Assembly (NCBI RefSeq): GCF_902652985.1
Contig: NC_047023.1
Span: 5,518,001-5,582,000 of the forward strand
Source: Pecten maximus
Lineage: Eukaryota
Length of the DNA stretch: 64,000 bases
Direction: 5' to 3'
This document shows, in pieces, positions 52,230-64,000 of this stretch (positions within the stretch are counted from its first letter, which is position 1; every line of letters starts with the position of its first letter). Below the pieces are notes generated by a model. It saw nothing but the letters and a program-made list of their open reading frames with translations, did not search any database and was not told where the DNA came from. A program made the translations under genes and the position numbers.

Positions 52230-54390
52230 GCAGCAGCAGTTAGTACTATATCCCCAGATTTAGAAGATAGAATGTAAATTTTGGAAGATGACTGGGCGTC
52301 ATATCACAGGTAGAGAACTCCGAGAATACTCTCTCAAATATCTGATAAATACTTACAAAAACTAGATAATATCAGAGGCAGTTTGAGGATCACCAAAATC
52401 TGTGTGGCCTGTGCCTTAACGTCTTGGCTCTAGTTATGATAAGATATTTACAATTGGTGTAGCCGAGAGGTTGAAAACTTCAAGAAAATCTGATAGAGAG
52501 AAAGGAGCAGCTGCTAATAAACGGGAACCCTGAAAACCCCCATCATGTGTACAGTCTTATCAAGGTTTACCTTATTCTGTCACATCCTATGGGAGCATTT
52601 CAATGCCATGCCATAAACGGGTCCATTTGGCCCAGGTTTTCCTTTTAAAAGCCTTTCCTGCCAATTCTTTTTAACCAAGGTGAACCTAGACATAAAACTC
52701 CTAGGAAGAAATATCCAATTTTTTATGTTTAAATTAGAAAAAAAAATGTACTGGTTTTTTTTTGAATTTGTTAATTAAGCACTGCTAATTTCCTAGTTGT
52801 TCCTGTCACAGGGTTGCTAACCCGTCAGTGCCTTGATGTCACGCCTGCCACGGAGTTTTTTCTCTAAAACTTAGTTTGTGTTTGACATTATCCAAGTTTG
52901 GCTTAGGTAGTGTTAAAACCAAACAACAACCTTTTTACCTAACATAAAACTAAACTTGAATCCTGCTTTTGATATGGGTGCTTCATTGCTTATTGTGGGT
53001 CAATAACAGAGGAAATCCATGCCAGTCCTCCAGTTATCTAAGAGCGGAAGAGTTCGCTGATGTCGGGAGGATAGTTTCGATAGGTTGACATTCAGGGTAC
53101 CTAATGATTATGTAGCTGGCAATTTAAGGAAATCTCCTTAGGGAACGAACATAACTACGGGCTACCAAGGAAGTACGTGAAGATATTGAGCATGGTGAGG
53201 ACATGGTTTCCCTCCCTGATGTTCCAGCAGGACAATGCTACTTGTAAAGGTCTCAAAATATTTATTGTGGAACCGCTGATTGAGAGAGTGCGCAATGGGC
53301 TATGTCAGTTTTAGGGAGAGCTGGAGAAGTGGACCCTCCTAACCTTATCATTTCTTTTACTATAGACCCGTCAAGCCTAATCACTGTCATGATGAGCGGT
53401 TTCTTAACCAACAGGTAATATTTGCTCTCTGCTTGAGACACTTAAAATGATGTTTCAAAGGGTTACTCCCCCTGAATCGTATATGACAACTGTAGGCGGT
53501 GCGTCTGGGTAGGACTACATTTTGCTATCTTTAGAATCCCGTAAGCAGCATATTTATGCCCAGTTTGCAGATACTTTGTGTATAATCCTTTCGGGGTCAA
53601 GTATATATATATATATTGTATATATATACCATTGTACGTACTACATTGGATGCTTCAGGACACTATAGCGTCCCTGGGGTGTTCATCATCCAATACATTT
53701 ATGACAGATTAATAGGGGAGCACATGTCTGGGGGATTTACAGGTGTAGCTCAATCTGAGCTGTATGTTTTCTGTCAGGTTCTTCTCAAATTCAGTTGGGT
53801 TGGAGATACCAACATTAACTTCCAGTCAAGTCAGACAAACTCTTTGGTCCTCTGATAGATTCAGCGAGACAATATTTTATTGTTCCGGAGGAGAAAACAT
53901 ACTTTTGCTTTGCTGAGGGTTTCTATTTTGACAAGCAGTACATTGAATCGCAGTCACTTCATGCTTACAGCTCTCGCTGCAAAGCTGTTTATCAGTGAGG
54001 GAAACAAGGCCATTAAGTATAACCTCAAAAATGGCCGGTCTATCGAAATCTTTGAAGAGGTTTATAGACGATTGGTAGGGTTTGTCCCTGGAGACAGGAA
54101 TATATCTACAAATTGAATTAGCCTTCGCTGCTTCGGTGCTTTTCGGTGTGGAGCCATTGCAGGAATCACGAAGGGCGTTGGATATTTCTTTGGTGGAAAT
54201 GACTATCGCCCTTATCTGTCCTAGGGGACAGTGTGTACACTGGCCAATACATTGGAGAAGTACAGGGTGGATGCACATATTGATAACCAAGCCGTTGTTG
54301 CTGCTTGGGAGTTGTAGATGTTCGGAGTTGAACAATTATGTTAAAAACATTTTTCACATAACTCAAAGGATACTATTGACCTTGCGCTAA
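52230..54390 (+). mobile_element. Decayed DIRS-type (tyrosine-recombinase retrotransposon) pol remnant: RT + RNase H
   Basis: Frameshifted fragments in the expected order: YVAGNL, KP..CHDERFLN, SG*DYILLS.ESR, YFVY..PFG, QYIYDRLIG (decayed YIDD), AAKLFISEGNKAI, RVDAHIDNQAVVAAWE..SELNNYVKNIF. A possible zinc knuckle lies at ~52605-52640. Best supported between 53100 and 54375. Confidence 0.75.
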
Positions 54391-56779
54391 GAAATCCAAA
54401 CAATTGTGAGAATCAGTAGGCTTATAAATTGGTAACAATATTGTCACCAATAAGTTCAACTAAATGTCCAAAAATGGAGTTCTACTTTAACTGAATTATG
54501 TTTTATAATTTAAATCAAGTTGTAGGATCCTTATCAGAAGGCCAAATTATAAAGAAATAATCAAGAAATCTTAAAACTTTTTTTTTTCTTTTAATATTTT
54601 GGTAAAGTTTTTCTTCTAAACATCAAAAAACAAGCTCGCAAATGTCGGAATCACTTTTGTACCCATCGCTGAATCTTTACATTTTGGAAAAAAATGACCA
54701 TTAAAATAACAAAGCATTCTTTTCCAAAACAATTTTCAATGTTTCAATATCTCTCAAATCTTGAATACAGCTTTTCATGGCATTACGCAAACAATAGCTG
54801 ATGATATACATCCATAAAGTGTGTGATATATTATAATATAGGCGTGTAACACGAAATGCAATTAGTTTACATTCCTTCCAACATGTTTTGGCAATTGCGA
54901 TAAACTAAACTTTCGAAAAAAAGATGCATACTAGTAAATTAAGAAAATGACTCAAATGCTGAGTAAGGCTTTTCGGACCCCCAACCATAGCTCTAAATTC
55001 AAGATTACTTTGAGATTTTCAGCAAATATATTCAGAATCTTGTTTCTTAATAGCTGTTGAAATCATTTGACTTAGGACGTCCGTAAAAATAACACGATTG
55101 GTATTCAAATTCTATCGAAATCACGTGTTTAGCATATATTTTATTGACGTCATTGTGAATTCACATTGATGGTGTAATTTGAATAAATATGCCTAGTGCT
55201 AATCGCACCTTTCTCGTTAGGAGGATTAGTGTTATGATGAAGCGCTTCTAGTTTTGTCAAAACATCAACAAAATCAATAGATCTCGAGAAATGATTATAA
55301 ATGTATACATATCTTCAAGCTTAAATGCACAGAAAAAAAGTTTCCCTATAATATTCCAAATACAGAACATTGAAATGAAAATGGGTTCTTCATGTTCGTC
55401 TTACCACATTTCAAATACGACTGGGAAATACTTGATGAGGTTGTAATCGTGTGTGTGTGTTATTCCCCACCATCATGGAAGTTAGTCTAGCCCATTACCT
55501 TTATTAGCTTACATACAAAGATGATAATGGCTTTTAACACGCTATCATATCAATACAGCGAAGGGAAATGATCAAATCAAAATGTATTCAAATGACTTCA
55601 CACGGGAGATTTCTTTAACTCAACAAACACACGAACAATCAAACACCACGAGACGCGTGTGTTGTTTCGTTCTCCGTAATTTGAAATTAACAATTTCATA
55701 ACTGTAATATAGAGATCTTAGGCATGATATATCGAGTGATTTTCTTGATTTATCCGTAAATAGGACAAACAATTAAATATAGAACAACATACTCTGACCA
55801 CCTGATGTACACGTTTATCTACCAGATAATCGATTCAATTCCTTGATGTGAACCCCTTAATTACGGTTATCTAGGATATTAACTCAATTGTTTTCATCTT
55901 GATGGTCATCTCGTAATCGAGATTAAGAGAGATAGGTTTAACAGATTGTACCAGTAATTCCACCAGATGTTAAAATAAAAAAGTGAATAGACATCGATTA
56001 AAATATCATGAGCAAACTATTTTGAAATTGATTGGAAAATAATGGTATATTAGCGATTCCATAACTTAGTGAAGAGCGCCTAGGGAGACAATCAGGCAAA
56101 GCGACGTTTTGATGTCGGAGCTTCACGTACAATTACGAAAACAACAATGAAATACAAGACTATTGATATCAAACTAGATCAATAATTATTCTATTTAGTT
56201 TCCATAATTGATTTATCTTTATAATGTATTTTGATTAAACAACATACTCTGAACATAACTCAATCAAAGCGAGCGACTATTCAACATCGGACAAATAGTC
56301 ACGAGACAAGCTGCATCTTATCAGATTATATGCACTTTGCCAATGACACTGATCCTTGTTCGACATAAATAAATTCATAACTGATCACATATCTTCCGCT
56401 TTCATTTACCACGGTCACGACATAGATAGGAACGTCGCAGTGCGTGATGGACTTGCTTGGATGTATAAGAACAGATCCACTGATAGTTAGCTAAGGGCAA
56501 CCTTTGTTATCTAATTATACTTCATCTAGGATTTTTATCAAAACAAAAATTTGTCATTATGAAATATCAGTATTCCGAACTTCAGTCAGTATAATGCTAT
56601 AAGGGGATAGTAGAAAGCCGGCATCAATAATACAGACACTGATATAAATAAACAGTAAACTGATGTCAGCTGAAAATGTCTAGTCTACAGCGAAATCTGC
56701 AATACTGAAGTTCCATGGCAAATGTTAGCGCTAGGGATAATGGTATTATGTTAACAAACAGGGCGAGATCGGTTCTAAA

Positions 56780-59700
56780 ATTACTAACGGGTGGGTATCG
56801 GTAGTATGTTTACTGACGGGTGGGCATCGGTTGTATGTTTACTGACGGATGGGTATCAGTACTATGTTTATTGACGGGTGGGTATCAGTATTATGTTTAC
56901 TGACGGGTGGGTATCCGTAGTATGTTTACTGACGGGTGGGTATCGGTACTATGTTTACTAACGGGTGGGTATCGGTACTATGTTTACTAACGGATGGGTA
57001 TCAGTACTATGTTTATTGACGGGTGGGTATCAGTATTATGTTTACTGACGGGTGGGTATCCGTAGTATGTTTACTGACGGGTGGGTATCGGTAGTATGTT
57101 TACTGACGGGTGGGTATCGGTAGTATGTTTACTGACGGGTGGGTATCGGTACTATGTTTACTGACGGGTGGGTATCGGTAGTATGTTTACTGACCGGTGG
57201 GTATCAGTACTATGTTTACTGACGGGTGGGTATGGGTAGTATGTTTACTGACGGGTGGGTATCGGTAGTATGTTTACTGACGGGTGGGTATCGGTAGTAT
57301 GTTTACTGACGGGTGGGTATCGGTACTATGTTTACTGACGGGTGGGTATCGGTAGTATGTTTACTGACCGGTGGGTATCAGTACTATGTTTACTGACGGG
57401 TGGGTATGGGTAGTATGTTTACTGACGGGTGGGTATCGGTAGTATGTTTACTGACGGGTGGGTATCGGTAGTATGTTTACCGACGGGTGGGTATCGGTAG
57501 TATGTTTACTGACGGGTGGGTATCGGTAGTATATTTACTGACGGGTGGGTATGGGTAGTATGTTTACTGACGGGTGGGTATCGGTACTATGTTTACTGAC
57601 GGGTGGGTATCAGTGATATGTTTACTGACGGGTGGGTATCGGTAGTATATTTAGTGACGGGTGGGTATCGGTAGTATGTTTATTGACGGGTGGGTTTCGG
57701 TATAATGTTTACTGACGGGTGGGTATCGGTAGTATGTTTACTGACGGGTGGGTATCGGTACTATGTTTACTGACGGGTGGGTATCGGTACTGTGTTAATG
57801 ACGGGTAGGTATCGGTAGTATGTTTACTGACGGTTGGGTATCGGTAGTATGTTTACTGACGGGTGGGTATCGGTAGTATGTTTACTGACGGTAGGGTATC
57901 GGTAGTATGTTTACTGACGGTAGGGTATCGGTACTATGTTTACTAACGGGTGGGTATCGGTACTATTTTTACTGACGGGTGGGTATGGGTAGTATGTTTA
58001 CTGACGGGTGGGTATCGGTAGTATGTTTACTGACGGGTGGGTATCGGTGGTATGTTCAATGTCGGGTGGGTATCGGTACTATGTTTACTGACGGGTGGGT
58101 ATCGGTACTATGTTTACTGACGGGTGGGTATGGGTAGTATGTTTACTGACGGGTGGGTATCGGTAGTATGTTTACTGACGGGTGGGTATCGGTACTATGT
58201 TTACTGACGGGTGGGTATCGGTAGTATGTTTACTGACGGGTTGGTATCGGTAGTATGTTTATTGACGGGTGGGTATGGGTTGTATGTTTACTGACGGGTG
58301 GGTATCGGTAGTATGTTTGCTGACGGGTGGGTATCGGTACTATGTTTACTGACGGGTGGGTATCGGTAGTATGTTTACTGACGGGTGGGTATCGGTAATA
58401 TGTTTACTGACGGGTGGGTATCGGTAATATGTTTACTGACGGGTGGGTATGGGTACTATGTTTACTGACGGGTGGGTATCGGTAGTATGTTTACTGACGG
58501 GTTGGTATCGGTAGTATGTTTACTGACGGATTGGTATCGGTATTATGTTTACTGACGGGTGGGTATTGGTACTATGTTTACTGACGGGTGGGTATCGGTA
58601 GTATGTTTACTGACGGATGGGTATCGGTACTATGTTTACTGAAGGGTGGGTATCGGTACTTTGTTTACTGACGGGTGGGTATCGGTAGTATGTTTGCTGA
58701 CGGGTGGGTATCGGTACTATGTTTACTGACGGGTGGGTATCGGTAGTATGTTTACTGACTGGTGGGTATCGGTAGTATATTTACTGACGGGTGGGTATCG
58801 GTACTATGTTTACTGACGGGTGTGTATCGGTACTATGTTTACTGACGGGTGGGTATCAGTACTATGTTTACTGACGGGTGTGTATCGGTACTATGTTTAC
58901 TGACGGGTGGGTATCGGTACTATGTTTACTGACGGGTGGGTATCGGTACTATGTTTACTGACGTTTGGGTATCGGTAGTATGTTTACTGACGGGTGGGTA
59001 TCGGTAGTATGTTTACTGACGGGTGGGTATCGGTAGTATATTTACTGACGGGTGGGTATGGGTAGTATGTTTACTGACGGGTGGGTATCGGTATTATGTT
59101 TACGTACGGGTGGGTATCGGTACTATGTTTACTGACGGGTGGGTATCGGTAGTATGTTTACTGACGGGTGGGTATCGGTAGTATGTTTACTGACGGGTGG
59201 GTATCGGTAGTATGTTTACTGACGGGTGGGTATCGGTAGTATGTTTACTGACGGGTGGGTATCGGTAGTATGTTTACTGACGGGTGGGTATCGGTAGTAT
59301 GTTTACGTACGGGTGGGTATCGGTACTATGTTTACGTACGGGTGGGTATCGGTACTATGTTTACTGAAGGGTGGGTATCGGTAGTATGTTTACTGACGGG
59401 TGGGTATCGGTAGTATGTTTACTGACGGGTGGGTATCGGTACTATGTTTACGTACGGGTGGGTATCGGTAGTATGTTTACTGACGGGTGGGTATCGGTAC
59501 TATGTTTACTGACGGGTGGGTATCGGTAGTATGTTTACTGACGGGTGGGTATCGGTAGTATGTTTACTGACGGGTGGGTATGGGTACTATGTTTACTGAC
59601 GGGTGGGTATCGGTAGTATGTTTACTGACGGGTGGGTATCGGTACTATGTTTACTGACGGGTGGGTATCGGTAGTATGTTTACTGACGGGTGGGTATCGG

Positions 59701-59814
59701 TAGTATGTTTACTGACGGGTGGGTATCGGTAGTATGTTTACTGACGGGTGGGTATCGGTAGTATGTTTACTGACGGGTGGGTATCGGTAGTATGTTTACT
59801 GACGGGTGGGTATC
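56780..59814. repeat. Minisatellite, 29-bp G-rich unit, ~104 copies
   Basis: Unit GTTTACTGACGGGTGGGTATCGGTAGTAT. Confidence 0.95.
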
Positions 59815-61202
59815 AATGATGAGTGGATATTAGTAGTTATTCTTCGTTTGAAACTGTAGTGAGATGCTATCGAAGAGGACATAAGTAAATTCACCAACCA
59901 GTTAGTCCGATCTGTGCCTTTAATTAGAAAATGTCTCCCATGAACACTTTTTTGATCATTATGAGGCATGAATTGTCATGCATTTAATGGATATTTTAAT
60001 AATGAAAACAATCCCTCTTTTAACAAACTATGATGTTGTCTCAAAGTACTGAAAGTTAAAATGTGTTTTATACAATGAACTCAGCTTCAACTGAATACAA
60101 TGACAGTAACAACATCATTCACCAAGCACCATTTAAGATGATTTTACTGTCATACAGTTTAAAAGTTTAATATATATTTCTATTTTTTGTCCATTTTCTG
60201 TCTTATGTTTACTTGTGTACATGTCGTATTAAGGGAATAATTTAAGTGAATGATGATTGATTGAGAGGTGTTTATTCACCCAAAGTTTGTTTAATTGAAT
60301 GTAAATTGTTTTCTACAAGTGTCCACCAATCATTTCGCCACTATGACATAAAATAGAGTAAAACTTGTTGAGGTTTGAAATAAGTGGGTCGTGTATCTGC
60401 ATTTCCATTACAAGGTAAATCTCGTATGGAATGGAAGTCAGCTAAATATAATGAAGCTTGGATTATTCAAGGATTTTAATGATTTACGAATCGAGATATT
60501 GTCCCTCTTTCTTTTAATAAGACTGTGCAAAACAGACAGCTAGTCATACTAGATAACGGCTCTCGGTACATTATTTTACGTGATTTACAGGCTGAGGAGA
60601 GAATACTGAAGCGTCATTTGGAAGCCGGGTCCCCACGCTGTTCTGTTGTAGCCTTTGAACGACTACCTGATTATCGTCCTAAGATCCACCAGTGTAGAAT
60701 GATTGTTTTTTCTTTGCTGTAGTTTCTAGAAGGTTTGTCGACAGATATTAGGGTCAGTGCCAGATTTGATTGCGTGAATTGTAGGGAATTGCTTTACGCT
60801 GACTATTGAAGGGCGGGATCAATTGACACCATTGTAAACGTATATATTTTAACCCGATACACTGTATTTTTAGCTCAACGTCTCGCTCGCTAATCAGAAA
60901 AAAACGGAATATTTTAATGATATCAAGATATATTCATATATACAATCACTATCGTTTCGGTTTAATTAACACTAGTCCTGTTAATTAACACTAGAACGTT
61001 GTGTGAATCCTGGCCGGTGGGTGCGCGGGAATAGGAGTGATCTTCTTCAAGTCATAATGGACAGTTGTTTTTTTCACATGCCGTATTTCGATTTGTGATG
61101 TCAGTACTGATTTGAGCTGACATTTTCACAAGCCTCGAAATACACAATGTACAATCTAAAAATGTCGGAAATCTACGGTTCTTCAAATGTCAGCGGTAGG
61201 CG

Positions 61203-62255
61203 GACTGATGACAGGCGGTATATAAGGTGTAGTATGTTAGCTGTAGTTCATAGTTGACTGATGACAGGCGGTGTGTTAGCTGTAGTTCATAGTTGACTGA
61301 TGACAGGCGATATATTAACAATAGTTCATAGTTGACTGATGACAGCCGGTGTGTTAGCTGTAGTTCATAGTTGACTGATGACAGCCGGTGTGTTAGCTGT
61401 AGTTCATAGTTGACTGATGACAGGCGGTGTGTTAGCTGTAGTTCATAGTTGACTGATGACAGGCGGTGTGTTAACTGTAGTTCATAGTTGACTGATGACA
61501 GGCGGTGTGTTAACTGTAGTTCATAGTTGACTGATGACAGGCGATATATTAACTGTAGTTCATAGTTGACTTATGACAGGCGGTATATTAGCTGTAGTTC
61601 ATAGTTGACTGATGACAGGCGGTGTATTAGCTGTAGTTCATAGTTGACTGATGACAGGCGGTATATTAGCTGTAGTTCATAGTTGACTGATGACAGGCGG
61701 TATATTATCTGTAGTTCATAGTTGACTGATGACAGGCGGTATATTAGCTGTAGTTCATAGTTGACTGATGACAGGCGGTATATTAGCTGTAGTTCATAGT
61801 TGACTGATGACAGGCGGTATATTAGCTGTAGTTCATAGTTGACTGATGACAGGCGGTATATTATCTGTAGTTCATAGTTTACTGATGACAGGCGATACAT
61901 TAGCTGTATTTTATAGTTGACTGATGACAGGCGATACATTAGCTGTATTTCATAGTTGACTGATGACAGGCGGTATATTAGCTGTAGTTCATAGTTGACT
62001 GATGACAGGCGATACATTAGCTGTATTTTATAGTTGACTGATGACAGGCGATACATTAGCTGTATTTCATAGTTGATTGATGACAGGCGATACATTAGCT
62101 GTATTTTATAGTTTACTGATGACAGGCGATACATTAGCTGTAGTTCATAGTTGACTGATGGCAGGCGGTATATTAGCTGTAGTTCATAGTTGACTGATGA
62201 CAGGCGGTATACATGTATTAGCTGTAGTTCATAGTTGACTGATGACAGGCGGTAT
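61203..62255. repeat. Minisatellite, 38-39-bp unit, ~26 copies
   Basis: Unit TAGCTGTAGTTCATAGTTGACTGATGACAGGCGGTATAT. Confidence 0.95.
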
Positions 62256-64000
62256 GTGTAAGCGGTGAGCGAGCTAATGGAAGGCGGAACATTTTTGCAT
62301 GTAATGTATAAATTGTTGGCGGACTGATTACCGGCGGTATTTTAAATGCATGTTGTAGGCGGACTGTATTTAAGGGGTGTTGAGATTGGAAGATGTATTC
62401 CAACGTCTCCCCATGAAACATTAACTATTGTGATATGCTGCACGAACACAATAAGTAATTAAAATATTGTACATGGTTTTAAGGTAGACAAATAGGTTTT
62501 TTTTTGTTTCCTACCAACGTGCTATTCATTGGCCAATTCTAGCGTATAACATGCACTACATCACTGTTCTAAAGGGAGATGGCTGCTTTAACTCTCATGG
62601 ACAGGAACAATATGTCTTTGATGTTGTATCGTCGAAGTGAGTGGCTGGTGTTTAAGACGGATGCACGCACAGCTCGGGTGGTTGATGTGTTAATGCTAAT
62701 AATCTTCTCTCAGACGGCATACGGTTCCTCTTTAAAGTTAGAACACCCATTTCTCACGTGTACGTTATTTCTGTTTTCTTTACAGACATGATCACTCTTA
62801 ATAAAAAAAAAAAAAAAAAAGTGAAAACGAACGATAACTCAACTGCGTCGAATATTCTGACGAATTGTTTTGGAGAATTTCCCTCCGCTACTGAATTAGT
62901 CTAGATATATTTACAGGTATTTGGTAAATGGTATTTGGAAAATATTTTTCAATTATAAATGTATATGCATTGATTTTGTAACATTAGGCGACCTCGTCGA
63001 TATGATCTCACGGGTTTCTATACAAATCCTAACGTTGCCCATCGTATATGTCCCAGTATATGGGAAGGGAGTGTTCGTTTTTTGAAGTATTAGCAATTTG
63101 TTACATATTTTTGTCATTCTGTATGGATTATGTAATCAAAATTTGGAAAGAAGATTGCTTATGGCAAAAATCTTTATTTTGCAATACGTTCATTTGTAAT
63201 TATTAGAGACCGTTGACTAATTACCCTTCCTTCGTTTCGAGGTAATATTTCATACAAATAATCAAAGACTATTTGTTACTAAAGAAAGGATTTTTTCCAG
63301 AACATGATTTAGAATAATATCTGAATCATTTCTCTTATGAACCATTATAGTCTACCAATGGTCGGGTTGAGGTGGTATTGGTTGACGACGAGGGCACTAG
63401 TTTTTCTTTAAGGAGATATTGCAATCTTTAGAAATCGATTTATCTAACACGGCCAAATGTTAAAGGTAAGGCTCCACGTCACACGATTGTTTTTCCACCT
63501 TAACCTTCAAATTAAAAACAAATAAAAAGTTTTTCTCTTTTTTTACCCAAGCGAGTGACACTCAGGATCGAGATTATTGGCAGACCAGACCTTGAGCGGG
63601 AACTAAGGTTCCTTGTCTGAAATTGACACTGAAAACTAATTAGAAATGTTCTCATTTCTTGCAAGCGCAGCGCTTCTCATTAGGAAAACGTGCTTACCTG
63701 AGCCGTAAATTTGTCTGCGACTGTCTGTAGCGTTAATACCGGACACGTTCACTAACAAAAACACATTTATTCGTGCTACACAATTCCACTTTAAACACAT
63801 TCAAATTTTTAAACATTATCTTTTTCCAATCTAGTTTTCGTCGTTTGAAATCCCCATTCGTTTCTAATGGATCAACATCTAGCAAGTGCACTGTAGAAGT
63901 TTCAACAGAACATTTAGGTGATAATACAATAATCTTAAATGAAATTGAAAGACATCTATCCATTTTCATCAGTGTTACGGAATTGGCATTTTCAGTGACA

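Noticed and set aside
61203-62255. Tandem hammerhead ribozymes or C/D snoRNAs (CTGATGA in every unit)
   Set aside because: The unit lacks the GAAA core and stem III; CTGA and TGATGA overlap rather than flanking a guide. It is a plain minisatellite.

Overview
AT-rich animal genomic DNA, most likely from a bivalve mollusc (inferred from the SINE domain types and repeat landscape), with one 500-N scaffold gap at 13667-14166. It holds two supportable host genes. The first is a complete 4-exon tubulin-specific chaperone A (TBCA, + strand, 532-8282, 109 aa), which the ORF track misses because it is spliced. The second is an intronless minus-strand gene for a secreted Cys-rich protein with a calcium-binding EGF domain (15478 running into the gap). 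About 20 kb of the window is made of roughly 17 unrelated minisatellite arrays (25-67 bp units). Much of the rest is transposon-derived: tRNA-headed SINEs (Meta, V and CORE types), a CR1 LINE RT fragment, a decayed DIRS-type pol, an orphan 5' LTR with a tRNA-Leu PBS, and several MITEs. The standout is a young 1.7-kb LTR element in TBCA intron 1 (1618-3318; CCTT TSD; LTRs identical over 204 bp; tRNA-Ala PBS). It has no gag/pol and instead carries an intact SGNH/GDSL hydrolase ORF, four covarying RNA hairpins, and a second site in the LTR complementary to the 5' end of the same primer tRNA. All calls were made by eye; no database searches were run.
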